Part shown: piece after piece, positions 10,683 to 21,036 of the stretch | How positions within the stretch are numbered: position 1 is the stretch's first letter | Layout of the letters: every line of letters begins with the position of its first letter | DNA from: Cyanobacteria bacterium P01_A01_bin.123 | GTDB lineage: Bacteria; Cyanobacteriota; Cyanobacteriia; Phormidesmidales; Phormidesmidaceae | NCBI GenBank assembly: GCA_039815185.1 | Contig: JBCBZT010000018.1 | Location: 1-64,000 of the forward strand | Direction of reading: 5' to 3' | Length of the DNA: 64,000 nt | Made by a program: the position numbers and the translations under genes | Notes under the pieces: model-generated | Database searches by the model: none | Told to the model about the DNA's origin: nothing | The model's input: only the letters and a program-made list of their open reading frames with translations

Positions 10683-12272
10683 ATGCCCATGACTTCTTTG
10701 AATGCTCATATTGTATTTGCCCTTGGTGTTGGCACTGCGATCGCCTTATGTTCTCCCCCAGCTCTCGCCCAAGTAAACGCAGAAGAACAGAATGAAGCAT
10801 CGGGGGTTGCCCCACGTCCCACCCCAATCGCCCAGGTTGAAACTATCGACCTACCCGACTTGGAGCAATACGACGACCCCAATTTTTCTGAAAACGAACT
10901 GCCAACCCAGCCCGACTACCGCACTGGCTCTCCAGAACCTGGCAACGCCCCCGACTTCCTCAACTCTGACCCTAATCCGCTGCGCTTGCCTACCGCAGCG
11001 GAAGAAGTCGAAATCGTCGGTACCCAGCCGATTACGCTGCAGCAGGCCATCGAATTAGCCTACGAAAACAGTCAAACCTTCCAGATTTCACTGCTGCAGC
11101 TAGAACGAGGCCGCTCTGTATTGCGAGAAGCCCAGGCTGACCTTTACCCTACCCTAGACGCTACCGCCAGTCTGACAGGGCAAGACAGCACCAATATCTT
11201 AGGGGCAAGTAGCTTTGACACGACTGCCTCTGGTAGCCTCCAGGTTAGCTATGATCTCTTCACCTCAGGTCTAAGAGATGCCAACATTCGCGCCGCTGAA
11301 CGCCAGTTACGGTTGCTTGAATTGTCAGTTGAAGAAACCCGCGAAGACCTGCGCTTGAACACCACGAACGACTATTACGATTTGCAAGAAGCCAGTGAAC
11401 AGGTGCGGATTAATCAGGCCTTTTTGACCCAAGCCGAACGCAACCTAGAAGATACTCAAATCCGTGAAGAGGTTGGCGTTGGCACCCGTTTCGATGTGTT
11501 GCGGGCTGAGGTAGAGGTCGCCAATGCTCGCCAGACGTTGATTCAATCTCAAAGCACGCGGCGAATTGCTCAGCGTCAACTCGCCACTCGGCTGAACCTG
11601 CCCCCCTCGGTGGACATTTCAGCAGTCCCCCCAGGCCTAGCGGATCCTTGGCCCCTCTCCCTAGAAGAGAGCATTGTGTTGGCCTATCAAAATCGCTCTG
11701 AACTAGAGCAGCAACTCGTACAGCGAGAAATTGAAGACCAGCAGCGACGAGCGGCGTTAGCGACAGTAAGACCCCAGGTCAGCCTTGTAGGCTCTTATTC
11801 ACTGCAAGACACGCTGAATCAAGGTGGTGATATTACCGATACCACCTCTGTCAGTGCCCAGGTGTCTTGGCGTCTGTTTGATGGTGGGGCGGCGGCGGCT
11901 CAGGCAGCCCAAAACGATCGTGACCGTGAAATTGCCGAAGAGACCTTTTCCCAAACGCGGAGCACGATTCGCTTTGATGTGGAGCAAGCTTATAGTAATC
12001 TGCAGGCAAACCGGGCAAATGTGAGAACAGCCCAGCTTGCCGTGGAGCAAGCGCGAGAGGCATTAGAGTTGGCAAATCTGAGATTCAATGCCGGGGTTGG
12101 TACCCAACTCGATGTGTTGACGGCCCAGTCGGACTTGGCCGATGCGGAGGGCAACTTAGTGACAGCAGTGGTGGGGTATAACCGGGCATTAGCCTCGATG
12201 GAGCGAGCCATTAGTAATCTCCCCGACGGGTTGACGGCTGAGCAACCCCTATCCGGTGACGACGCCCTCTGA
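10683..12272 (+). CDS. tolC: TolC family outer membrane efflux protein
   Basis: Signal peptide, two OEP repeats (GVGTRFDVLRAEV, GVGTQLDVLTAQ). Confidence 0.9.
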   Translation: MPMTSLNAHIVFALGVGTAIALCSPPALAQVNAEEQNEASGVAPRPTPIAQVETIDLPDLEQYDDPNFSENELPTQPDYRTGSPEPGNAPDFLNSDPNPLRLPTAAEEVEIVGTQPITLQQAIELAYENSQTFQISLLQLERGRSVLREAQADLYPTLDATASLTGQDSTNILGASSFDTTASGSLQVSYDLFTSGLRDANIRAAERQLRLLELSVEETREDLRLNTTNDYYDLQEASEQVRINQAFLTQAERNLEDTQIREEVGVGTRFDVLRAEVEVANARQTLIQSQSTRRIAQRQLATRLNLPPSVDISAVPPGLADPWPLSLEESIVLAYQNRSELEQQLVQREIEDQQRRAALATVRPQVSLVGSYSLQDTLNQGGDITDTTSVSAQVSWRLFDGGAAAAQAAQNDRDREIAEETFSQTRSTIRFDVEQAYSNLQANRANVRTAQLAVEQAREALELANLRFNAGVGTQLDVLTAQSDLADAEGNLVTAVVGYNRALASMERAISNLPDGLTAEQPLSGDDAL

Positions 12273-12545
12273 TTGACACAGCCTTTCAACAACTTGCTCA
12301 GCGGTGATCAGCCGCTTGAGTACCACTTGGCCAATGGGTTGGGTAGGAATGCCGCAAGGTTTTACTTCCACCATTAATACCGCCTCTTCTACTTGATAAA
12401 GCCAGAGGAGTTCGCCATTTTCCTGAATGCGCAGGGATATTTGCTCAATTTTTGGGGTACGGTTCCAAGCAACTTCATCCCAAAGGCCACCAAACTCCCA
12501 GACTCTGCCTACTTTCCAACCGTCAGATAGAAAAAAATATTTCAC
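12249..12545 (-). CDS. Conserved cyanobacterial hypothetical protein
   Basis: MKYFFLSDGWKVGRVW..LYQVEEAVLMVEVKP..IGQVVLKRLI resembles a small cyanobacterial family; overlaps tolC 3' end by 24 bp. Confidence 0.75.
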   Translation of the reverse strand: MKYFFLSDGWKVGRVWEFGGLWDEVAWNRTPKIEQISLRIQENGELLWLYQVEEAVLMVEVKPCGIPTQPIGQVVLKRLITAEQVVERLCQSEGVVTG

Positions 12546-12790
12546 AGCCCCTCACATCAACCTGTCATTCAATCACTATGGATTATCTCTTCTCTTGTAC
12601 CCGGTCTTTTGGGGGTTCTCCAAGTTTGGTTGGGTTTTACTGCCAAAGGCACCCATGCAAGCGGGGAAATTATCCCTAGAGCAGGATAAAAAAGAAGTCA
12701 GCCTTTGTATAGCCACTGACTCTTGTATTCTGAGTTAGTTAAGTAGTCTATTTTGGTTTAAGTCGACACCCTTATTAGTTTCTTTAAAGA

Positions 12791-14077
12791 TTAAAGGTTT
12801 ATCCCTGCAGGAGGCTCAGGGATGGTGTGCCCCCGAGCAAGCAGTGCTGTGCCATAGGCCGCTTCTGGATACTGAGCTACGGTCACTGGCACCCCCAAAA
12901 TTCGCTGACGGATAGTTTGCCAGGGAACGCTGTGGCTACCGCCTCCGGCAGTGCAAACCCGTTGGAGCACTGTTGCACCACGTTCAATGAGGCGATGATA
13001 ACCCAGGGCTTCAATCCGGCTGATGCCTTCCAGCAATCCGTGGAGAAATTGCACTGCATCGTCTGGGCGCGGACTGAGTCGAGGCGGCAAAAGGGGATCA
13101 TTGATGGGAAATCTTTCGCCAGGTTTCAAGAGTGGATAGTAGTCCAATGCGCTGGGTTGATCACAGGAAATCTGCGCACTCAATTCGGCCAATTCATAGT
13201 CACTAAAGAAATGATGCAGCACTGCACCACCACTATTAGACGCGCCTCCCACTAGCCAAAGATCTCCCAAGCGGTGGCTATAAATGCCGTAGCGGCTGTC
13301 ATCAACTCGGGTTTCGCTAAGCAATTTGATCACCAATGTTGACCCTAAAGAGGTCACACCGTCCCCTGGGGTTTGGGCACCACTCGCTAAAAATGCGGCA
13401 ATGCTGTCAGTGGTGCCTGCACACACCTGGCAATTCGATGGAAACTGGAATTGCTGAGAAATTGTGGGCATTATGGGCGCGATCACATCACCCGGTGCCA
13501 CGACTTGAGGCAATAAACCAGCAATGCTTAGATCTGCCAACCAGGCAGGATAGCGCAGGGCACCCACGTCATATCCCAATTTAAGGGCATTGTGATAATC
13601 ACTAATACCCAACTGGCCGTGGAGTAGCCAACCCAACCAATCAGCTTGGTGCATGAAGTAAACCCCATCTGCCGGGCGGGCATCCCAATCGCCATCACAC
13701 CACCACAGCAGCTTGGCCAAAGCAGAGGTGACGCTGAGCGCAGGATTACCCTCAGGCGCAATTCGTCGGATTTTTTCAATAAAGACTTTACCGCAGCTGT
13801 CGTCGTAAAGCAGCGCCTCGCGGACAGGTGACCCCTGGGAATCACACAACAACACGGTAGCAGAAGTACCGTTAACGGCGATCGCTTTAGTTTCAGCTCT
13901 CACAGGCAGCGGTAGCGATGCCAACAACGCCATTAGCGTTTCTCGCCAGGTACCTGGATGAGTCAAAGGTTGTTTACCATAACCTTGACGTGCTTCGCTA
14001 ATGGGTTGATTTTGGGCATCAATTGCGATCGCCCGCGCACCAGACGTCCCAAAATCGATGCCTAGGCTATACCCCAT
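12791..14077 (-). CDS. FGGY-family carbohydrate kinase (D-ribulose kinase-like)
   Basis: LGIDFGTSGAR, GTTDSIAAF, SLGSTL, GERFP motifs. Confidence 0.9.
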   Translation of the reverse strand: MGYSLGIDFGTSGARAIAIDAQNQPISEARQGYGKQPLTHPGTWRETLMALLASLPLPVRAETKAIAVNGTSATVLLCDSQGSPVREALLYDDSCGKVFIEKIRRIAPEGNPALSVTSALAKLLWWCDGDWDARPADGVYFMHQADWLGWLLHGQLGISDYHNALKLGYDVGALRYPAWLADLSIAGLLPQVVAPGDVIAPIMPTISQQFQFPSNCQVCAGTTDSIAAFLASGAQTPGDGVTSLGSTLVIKLLSETRVDDSRYGIYSHRLGDLWLVGGASNSGGAVLHHFFSDYELAELSAQISCDQPSALDYYPLLKPGERFPINDPLLPPRLSPRPDDAVQFLHGLLEGISRIEALGYHRLIERGATVLQRVCTAGGGSHSVPWQTIRQRILGVPVTVAQYPEAAYGTALLARGHTIPEPPAGINL

Positions 14078-14126
14078 GCTACAGATATCGACTTGACGCC
14101 TACAGATAATTCAAATCAGATGGCAT

Positions 14127-14636
14127 CTAAATGCTGACTTCACTTAACTCCCGCGTGATGTAGTCAAAAGGCTGATCTAAAAATGAGGTGTCCTCAATGC
14201 CGGCGGCGGTTGCCCGATCTTTGACGATGTCTTTCATAATCTGTACACCGACGACCGTAGGGCCAATGGGCACATCCAACGAATTGTAAGTTTCCCGCAA
14301 GCCTTGCAGGACTCGCTCATCTAACACGTCTACATTGCCAGCTACCAAGGCATAGCTACTGTAGCGTAAGTAATAATCCATATCGCGCAGGCAAGCTGCA
14401 TAGCGCCGAGTTGTGTAGGCGTTCCCACCAGGACGAAGGAGTTCTGGCACCTGTTCAAATAATTTGGCTCCGGCTTCTTTCACAATACCTGCAGCATTGG
14501 CGCTAATCATACCTGCTGCTTTGACGCGTTCCATACCAGTGTTGAAGTAGGTCTTCAGGGAATCGAGCCCAGTACTATCTAGGTAACGCCCGGTAGTGTC
14601 ATAGGTACCAATTAAGCTTGTCACTGCATCCCGCAT
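14127..14636 (-). CDS. apcF: Allophycocyanin beta-18 subunit
   Basis: 169 aa, MRDAVTSLI, PGGNAYTTRRYAACLRDMDYYLRY; divergent from glnA. Confidence 0.95.
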   Translation of the reverse strand: MRDAVTSLIGTYDTTGRYLDSTGLDSLKTYFNTGMERVKAAGMISANAAGIVKEAGAKLFEQVPELLRPGGNAYTTRRYAACLRDMDYYLRYSSYALVAGNVDVLDERVLQGLRETYNSLDVPIGPTVVGVQIMKDIVKDRATAAGIEDTSFLDQPFDYITRELSEVSI

Positions 14637-14939
14637 TGATTTCTTCTCCCAACAGGTTTGTGCCCAGATTGACCCATCTAGTCCAGGGCAAGTCTATCAC
14701 GGGCTGCTCAAGCGAAATGACGCTTCCTTAGAAAGGGCCAAATATTTGACACATAGGCTTTACTTTTCTTTATTTTTTTTAAAATTAAAGTCTGCCATTC
14801 AGTCTGTCAAAACAATTAAAGCCTTAGACAAAAGCCACAAGTGACTTGACTTCCCAGTGATTTAAAGAGATGAACAATCCGCGATCGCGGCTAAGGTCAA
14901 AGCATCTCCGGCTTAAGCAAGTCTTTAAAATTCTTTTTT

Positions 14940-14982
14940 GTATTTTTAGCTACAAAACGTCATGCCCCCTAATTCTTAGGAT
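14940..14982 (+). promoter_or_regulatory. NtcA-activated promoter of glnA
   Basis: GTA-TTTTTAGC-TAC (GTA-N8-TAC) at 14940-14953, then 23 nt, then TAGGAT (TAN3T -10) at 14977-14982. Confidence 0.88.
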
Positions 14983-15240
14983 TATTCGGATAAATTACTA
15001 AAGCCTGATGCCCCGACGTATCGGGCTTTAGTTGCTTTACGGGTCAATATCGGGCAGGTTCTACCGCAGTTTTCGGGTTCAGAAGTGTAACCCAGCGCAG
15101 TAGTCCCAGGTCTTTTGAGCAAGTTTTGTTCATTTGGATGCTTTGAGCGGGTTAGGGTAAGCCAACCTCTCATTTTGTCCATAGGCTGATAGTTTGGCCT
15201 CCCGGCAGGTTCTGGAATGATTAGCGGCAAGGAGTAATTC

Positions 15241-16659
15241 ATGGCTACTGCAGAAGAAATCTTGAAACAGATTCAAGATGAAGATATTCAGATGATCGAT
15301 CTGAAATTTATTGATTTGCCCGGTACGTGGCAACATCTGACCGTTCATCGCAGTCAAATCGATGCCAGCAGCTTTACTGATGGTGTGGCATTTGACGGCT
15401 CCAGTATTCGAGGCTGGAAGGCGATCAATGAGTCTGACATGATGATGGTGCCCGATCCCGAGAGTGCTTGGATCGACCCTTTTATGAAGGAACCGACCCT
15501 GAGCCTGATTTGCACGATTAAAGAGCCTCGTACTGGCGAATTGTATGCGCGTTGCCCTCGCGCGATCGCGACCAAAGCGATTGACTATCTCAAATCTACC
15601 GGACTAGGCGATACCGCTTATTTTGGCCCAGAGGCAGAATTCTTCGTCTTTGACGATGTTCGCTTCGATCAAAATGAGCACTCCGCTTATTACTACGTCG
15701 ATAGCGTTGAAGGCCGATGGAACACAGGCCGCGAAGAAGAAGGCGGCAACCTGGGTTATAAGCCCCGCTATAAAGAAGGCTACTTCCCCGTTTCACCTAC
15801 CGATACGCTACAAGACATGCGTTCTGAGATGCTGCTGAGCATGGCATCTTTGGGCGTTCCGATTGAAAAGCATCACCATGAAGTGGCCACTGGCGGTCAG
15901 TGCGAGTTAGGGTTCCGGTTCGGCGAACTGATTCAAGCTGCGGATTGGCTGATGATCTACAAGTACTGCATCAAGAATGTAGCGAAGAAGTACGGTAAGT
16001 CAGTCACCTTCATGCCCAAACCTTTGTTCAACGACAATGGCTCCGGTATGCATACCCACCAGTCTATCTGGAACAACGGGGAACCCACCTTTGCGGGCGA
16101 TCAGTACGCTGGCTTGAGCCAAAATGCCCTGTGGTACATCGGGGGTATTTTGAAGCACGCTCCGGCTTTGCTGGCTTTCACCAACCCCACCACTAACTCT
16201 TACAAGCGTTTAGTCCCTGGATTTGAAGCCCCAGTGAACCTGGCCTATTCCCAAGGGAACCGATCCGCGTCCGTGCGGATTCCGCTCTCTGGAGAAAGCC
16301 CTAAGGCCAAGCGACTAGAATTCCGCTGCCCCGATGCCACCTCCAATCCTTACCTGGCCTTTGCGGCTATGCTGTGTGCGGGGATTGACGGCATCAAGAA
16401 CCACATCGACCCCGGCGATCCGCTAGATGTGGATATCTATGACCTCAGCCCTGAAGAGCTGTCTAAGATCCCGTCTACGCCAGGTTCCTTGCTGGATGCG
16501 TTGAAGGCATTAGAGAGCGACAATGAGTTCTTGACCGTGGGCGGTGTATTCACCGAAGACTTTATCAACAATTGGATCGAGTACAAGCTCGATAATGAAG
16601 TGAACCCCATGCGCTTGCGTCCCCATCCCTATGAGTTGGCACTGTATTACGACTGCTAG
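15241..16659 (+). CDS. glnA: Glutamine synthetase type I
   Basis: [43 protein letters not shown] end. Confidence 0.98.
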   Translation: MATAEEILKQIQDEDIQMIDLKFIDLPGTWQHLTVHRSQIDASSFTDGVAFDGSSIRGWKAINESDMMMVPDPESAWIDPFMKEPTLSLICTIKEPRTGELYARCPRAIATKAIDYLKSTGLGDTAYFGPEAEFFVFDDVRFDQNEHSAYYYVDSVEGRWNTGREEEGGNLGYKPRYKEGYFPVSPTDTLQDMRSEMLLSMASLGVPIEKHHHEVATGGQCELGFRFGELIQAADWLMIYKYCIKNVAKKYGKSVTFMPKPLFNDNGSGMHTHQSIWNNGEPTFAGDQYAGLSQNALWYIGGILKHAPALLAFTNPTTNSYKRLVPGFEAPVNLAYSQGNRSASVRIPLSGESPKAKRLEFRCPDATSNPYLAFAAMLCAGIDGIKNHIDPGDPLDVDIYDLSPEELSKIPSTPGSLLDALKALESDNEFLTVGGVFTEDFINNWIEYKLDNEVNPMRLRPHPYELALYYDC

Positions 16660-16703
16660 GACAGCTCGTTTGACGATCCAAATTCATTGGGTGGTTTGTT
16701 TTT

Positions 16704-16736
16704 AGAGGTGTGGCAAGTTTGTCACACCTCTTTATT
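16704..16736 (+). terminator. Intrinsic terminator after glnA
   Basis: AGAGGTGTGGCA-AGTT-TGTCACACCTCT stem followed by a T-rich tail. Confidence 0.8.
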
Positions 16737-16845
16737 AATTACAGATTGCTTTAACAGACATCACAACTCCACAACAGCCAGATTTTATGGATCGCGTTAC
16801 CATTTAACAAGCCTTTACATTTCGCTATAATTCAAAAACTTTGTT

Positions 16846-17745
16846 ATGACTGTTGCCTATCCTCGTAAGTTTCAAGGTGCCCTGACCGCCCGCGACATTT
16901 TGGAGCAGATTGTTAGCAATCGCGAGATCCACATGGTTACGCTTAATCGCTACCGTTTCAATGAACAGCGGAGCTGCGTAGACTTGACCGACGTGATTGA
17001 AAAGCTTGATGGTGAGCCCAAGGATCTAATCAAGGACTTATCTCACCATGTTGCCGATGAAGCCCGCCATGCCGTCTGGCTAACCGATTTGCTGGTGGAT
17101 TTAGATGCAGAGGTGGGTACACCACCAGGGGCATCTTATATTGATGAATTTGAACGCTTGCTCAATGACGATCAATCTACCCAAGCAGGTCAGCGTGAAG
17201 ATGCGATTATCAATATGCTGGCTGCGGTCAACGTCACTGAAAAAAGAGGTTGCGAACATTTTTCTGCCCATGTGCATGTGCTGAAGCAAGCCCCGCAAAC
17301 GGTGGAGAATATCAAAATTCGAGAAACCATTGAGCGGATTCTGCCTGAAGAAGTCCAACATGTGCGCTGGGGGAGTCGTCGTTTAGCAGAAATCGCCAAA
17401 AAGAGTCCGGTTCATCGTCAAAAGGTCGAGCAAGCTAAGCTTAAATACACGGCCATTGAGCAAGCCGCTTATGAGGCAGGCGACATTACCTTTGGGGCTG
17501 AAGTCCGCCGGATTGAGAAGCTGGTAGACATTGCCAATATGCTGCCCGTGTGGGAGCGGCCTCAATATTTGATGGAGCGCTTGCCCATGACCTTAGTCGC
17601 ACCTGAAGTGCAAAAGACTCGATTTAGCGCTGCGCAACGGGCTTGGGAAAAAGATCCGAAAATGTTTGTGGAAAAGTTCATCCCGATGTTTTTTAAGGGA
17701 ATTGAACAGTTTAAACCTGAAAAGCGCGAGAAGGTTACATCCTAA
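16846..17745 (+). CDS. Ferritin-like diiron domain protein
   Basis: Two E-x-x-H motifs (DEARH, EEVQH) with upstream glutamates; TATAAT at 16826-16831. Confidence 0.8.
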   Translation: MTVAYPRKFQGALTARDILEQIVSNREIHMVTLNRYRFNEQRSCVDLTDVIEKLDGEPKDLIKDLSHHVADEARHAVWLTDLLVDLDAEVGTPPGASYIDEFERLLNDDQSTQAGQREDAIINMLAAVNVTEKRGCEHFSAHVHVLKQAPQTVENIKIRETIERILPEEVQHVRWGSRRLAEIAKKSPVHRQKVEQAKLKYTAIEQAAYEAGDITFGAEVRRIEKLVDIANMLPVWERPQYLMERLPMTLVAPEVQKTRFSAAQRAWEKDPKMFVEKFIPMFFKGIEQFKPEKREKVTS

Positions 17746-17750
17746 ACTGG

Positions 17751-18887
17751 TTAACAATGTTTGGCCACCTCAATACAGGTGGCCATTTTTGCGTCAGTTT
17801 TAATGGCTTCAAAATCGAGATGGGTGAGGGTGGCACGGTAGCCGCGATCGCGCAGTGCCTGAATCAAGCGATCGCGTTGGGGAATATCCAACTTGCCGTA
17901 GCGACCAATATCGCCCAGCTTAAAAAAATAGGGCGGCATCGTGGCTTCCGCCTGCATAATTTTGAGCAGCTTTAACCGTTTCGTCCACCCCCAGGTTTGA
18001 GCTTGGCTTGCCATCACTGCCAACATCGTTTCATCGTGGAGGTCTCCCAACCACAAGGGGCCACTAATACTCATGGGGGCAAGCGAGGCAGAATCGCGAC
18101 TGACTTTGCTGCAAGCGTTGCAGGTAATCTGCCCAAGCTGCCGCCAGCCAACGGTTTGAAATTCTCCGCAGGTGTGGCAATAGCCTAAAAAGCCATAATT
18201 ATCGGTTGACCAGGATTGATTCATCACTAGCCGCACCATGACCCGATGAACCCGCCCATTAAACAGCGAAAAAACAGGCTCAATGCCCATGCCTTTGGTC
18301 GCCGCTTGCTGCACCACACTGCCGATGACAAGTCGTAACCCCTGTTCATGTACTGCTGGGTGAGCGCGAGCATAGGCCCCATAAGCTTGCAGGCTGCGAT
18401 CGGCATTATGCCCCCCTGTGGTGCGAGTATCGGTATTCGTCAGATACAGCAAGCCCCCGATTTTAGTGGCCCATAGCCCAGTGCTCAAAAACGGAGCAGG
18501 GCTACCAAAGCTATCAATATCGACGAGATCGTAAAAATCACGCTGCTGATAACAGCTAAAAAACAACTGGTTAGCATCTTGATGGGTAATACGATAGGAT
18601 CGGGGCCGCATTCCCAATGAAAGGTTTTTAGTCAGGGTTTTGTGGATGTCAGGATTGGCTTCATTGGCCCAAACCCAATCTGCACTAGCTTCTAACTGAT
18701 AGCGCAAAGGTCGGACACCGCATCCGGTCATCGCATCAAGCACTCGCAGCTCTCCGTGTTGGGCCTTGTAAACGGCTGCCGCTAACACTGCCAAATCACG
18801 CCCCACCTGACTGTGGGGGCGGTAAAATGCATCTTCGATTTGGAAGTGGGCTTTACCTTCTCGATACCAGCCTGATTCTAAACTCAT
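17751..18887 (-). CDS. Trm1-like tRNA guanine N2,N2-dimethyltransferase
   Basis: FYRP..RDL, VLDAMTGCGVR SAM motif, DLVDIDSFGSP, CxxC..CxxC, GPLWLG, IKTDA. Confidence 0.85.
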   Translation of the reverse strand: MSLESGWYREGKAHFQIEDAFYRPHSQVGRDLAVLAAAVYKAQHGELRVLDAMTGCGVRPLRYQLEASADWVWANEANPDIHKTLTKNLSLGMRPRSYRITHQDANQLFFSCYQQRDFYDLVDIDSFGSPAPFLSTGLWATKIGGLLYLTNTDTRTTGGHNADRSLQAYGAYARAHPAVHEQGLRLVIGSVVQQAATKGMGIEPVFSLFNGRVHRVMVRLVMNQSWSTDNYGFLGYCHTCGEFQTVGWRQLGQITCNACSKVSRDSASLAPMSISGPLWLGDLHDETMLAVMASQAQTWGWTKRLKLLKIMQAEATMPPYFFKLGDIGRYGKLDIPQRDRLIQALRDRGYRATLTHLDFEAIKTDAKMATCIEVAKHC

Positions 18888-18984
18888 AGGCGGCTGGGCT
18901 AGCCTAGCGTGAACGATTAACGGAATTAAACCATGGGGCTACTCAAAGAGTATGGCAGGTCAAAGGATCGATGAGCTGTCTATC

Positions 18985-19018
18985 AAAAAACCCCAAACTC
19001 ATCTAAAGTTTAGGGCTC
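18985..19018 (-). terminator. Intrinsic terminator after clpS
   Basis: Minus strand GCCCTAAACT-loop-AGTTTGGGGT followed by a T tract. Confidence 0.7.
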
Positions 19019-19094
19019 ACAGGGCTATTAACTTGGGGATGATTACCGACAACCCCACACACAGGAGCATTGCCATGATTCCAATATCTAATAT

Positions 19095-19421
19095 CTAAGC
19101 TTTTTCTAGGGGAGCCATCGTTAACCCTGCTCGGCTCAGTTGACTATGGTAAAGTTCGGCCTGTTCCTGGGGACCAACCCAAACGATGGCTTGACCTTCG
19201 TTGTGAATTTGGTGCGTCAGTTCCCAGGCGCGATCGCTAACCATGTTTGGCACATATTTCATCAAACACCCTGCCACATGCTGAAACGTGTTGAAATCAT
19301 CGTTCAGCACAATGATTTTATAGTTTGGATAAGGTTCGCGGGTAACTTGACGGGAGCGCTCAGGGGCGATCGCAGGGGAAGTAGAGGCTGCGAGAGGAAC
19401 GACCGAAGAAACCAAAACCAT
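19095..19421 (-). CDS. clpS: ATP-dependent Clp protease adaptor ClpS
   Basis: YKIIVLNDDFNTFQHV, QEQAELYH. Confidence 0.93.
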   Translation of the reverse strand: MVLVSSVVPLAASTSPAIAPERSRQVTREPYPNYKIIVLNDDFNTFQHVAGCLMKYVPNMVSDRAWELTHQIHNEGQAIVWVGPQEQAELYHSQLSRAGLTMAPLEKA

Positions 19422-19555
19422 AGTGCAGTAGCAGTGGCGCTTAACGACAATGACGAGATGCTTTCCATAGTGTACATAATCATCTATTCGCAGCGCTGAC
19501 CCTATCGAGCCAACACTGCAAATGTTCGTCCTGCACTCAGCGTTGTCGCGTTACG

Positions 19556-20992
19556 CTAAACCGCCGCTGTCGCCAGCTTGGCAGATCCCTGGGCTGAACT
19601 GCTAGCCGCGAGTTCGCTCAAAATCGCGTTGACGTTGGCCTTGGCATCCCCAAACAACATTTGGGTATTCTCTTTATAAAACAGTGGATTGGCTACGCCA
19701 GCGTAGCCTGCGCCCAAACTACGCTTCAGCACGATCACATCGGTTGAGTGCCACACTTCCATTACAGGCATTCCGGCAATTGGGCTCTCTGGATCTTCGA
19801 CGGCGCTAGGGTTAACCGTATCGTTAGCCCCAATCACCAGCACCACATCCGTATCGCCAAAGTCATCGTTGATTTCTTCCATCTCTAACACGATGTCATA
19901 GGGCACATTGGCTTCTGCCAACAGCACGTTCATGTGACCCGGTAGCCGCCCTGCAACCGGGTGGATGCCAAAGCGAACCTGCTTGCCGCGACTCCGCAAA
20001 ATCTGCGTAATTTCGGCAACCGCGTGCTGAGCCTGAGCCACAGCCATGCCATATCCCGGCACGATAATCACCTGGGTGGCGGCATTGAGTAATTCCGTGG
20101 TTTCTGCCACAGAGGTAGGGGTCGCCGTTCCCTCGATTGCTTTGCCGCCGCTTTTGCTGTTAGTGGTTTCAAACCCGCCCAGCAAGACATTAGCAAAGGA
20201 GCGGTTCATGGCTTTGCACATGATGTAGCTCAAAATAATGCCGCTGCTGCCCACCAGGGCCCCGGTGATAATCAGCAGATCGTTCGACAGCATAAAGCCA
20301 GCGGCAGCCGCCCCCCAGCCAGAATAGCTATTGAGAATCGAAATCACCACGGGCATATCGGCCCCGCCAATAGCAATCACAGAGGTGACGCCCAGCACAG
20401 CCGCGATCGCTGTCATAATCCCCAGTGGCAGCACCCCAGCGATGTCTCCGGCCATCATATATGGATAGCCCAGACCAACCACAGCCACCAGCATGCCGAT
20501 GTTCAAGACATGGCGAGCGGGCAATAAAACCGACTTACTAGAGACAATCCCCTGGAGTTTACCGCAAGCCACCAATGACCCAATGAAGGTCACCGAACCG
20601 ATGAAAATGCCCACGAAAACTTCTATCTTGTGAATCGTTACTTCGACGCCAACCAAGGCGGGATCAGGGTGTAAGTAGCTGGCATAGCCCACCAATACAG
20701 CAGCAAGACCCCCAAACCCATTTAACAAACCGACCAGTTGGGGCATAGACGTCATCGCAGCACGCGCGGCAATCAGCGCGCCTAGTAAAATTGCCGGCAG
20801 GAGCGACGCCAGCAAAACGCCATAGCCACTCACTTGAGCACTCAAGGCAGTAGCCACGATGGCAATCAGCATCCCAGCGATGCCGTAAAGGTTACCCCGC
20901 TTAGCCGTCTCTTGGTCTGAAAGCCCGCCTAAGCTCATGATGAAGAGAATACTGGCTGCAAGATACGCAGCCGTCAAAAGGTTACTAGACAT
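19556..20992 (-). CDS. pntB: NAD(P) transhydrogenase subunit beta
   Basis: [40 protein letters not shown]. Confidence 0.97.
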   Translation of the reverse strand: MSSNLLTAAYLAASILFIMSLGGLSDQETAKRGNLYGIAGMLIAIVATALSAQVSGYGVLLASLLPAILLGALIAARAAMTSMPQLVGLLNGFGGLAAVLVGYASYLHPDPALVGVEVTIHKIEVFVGIFIGSVTFIGSLVACGKLQGIVSSKSVLLPARHVLNIGMLVAVVGLGYPYMMAGDIAGVLPLGIMTAIAAVLGVTSVIAIGGADMPVVISILNSYSGWGAAAAGFMLSNDLLIITGALVGSSGIILSYIMCKAMNRSFANVLLGGFETTNSKSGGKAIEGTATPTSVAETTELLNAATQVIIVPGYGMAVAQAQHAVAEITQILRSRGKQVRFGIHPVAGRLPGHMNVLLAEANVPYDIVLEMEEINDDFGDTDVVLVIGANDTVNPSAVEDPESPIAGMPVMEVWHSTDVIVLKRSLGAGYAGVANPLFYKENTQMLFGDAKANVNAILSELAASSSAQGSAKLATAAV

Positions 20993-21036
20993 AAGACATC
21001 CTTAGTGGTTGGTCAGGTGCAGTACAGTCCGCAGGC

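Noticed and set aside
14983..15240. Glutamine riboswitch (glnA motif) in the glnA leader
   Set aside because: I could not find the CGTT..GGAAGTA..GAAG.AACG core
17751..18887. Archaeal/eukaryote-type Trm1 as a novel horizontal transfer
   Set aside because: Trm1-like genes are already known in cyanobacteria, and this one has normal HIP1 content
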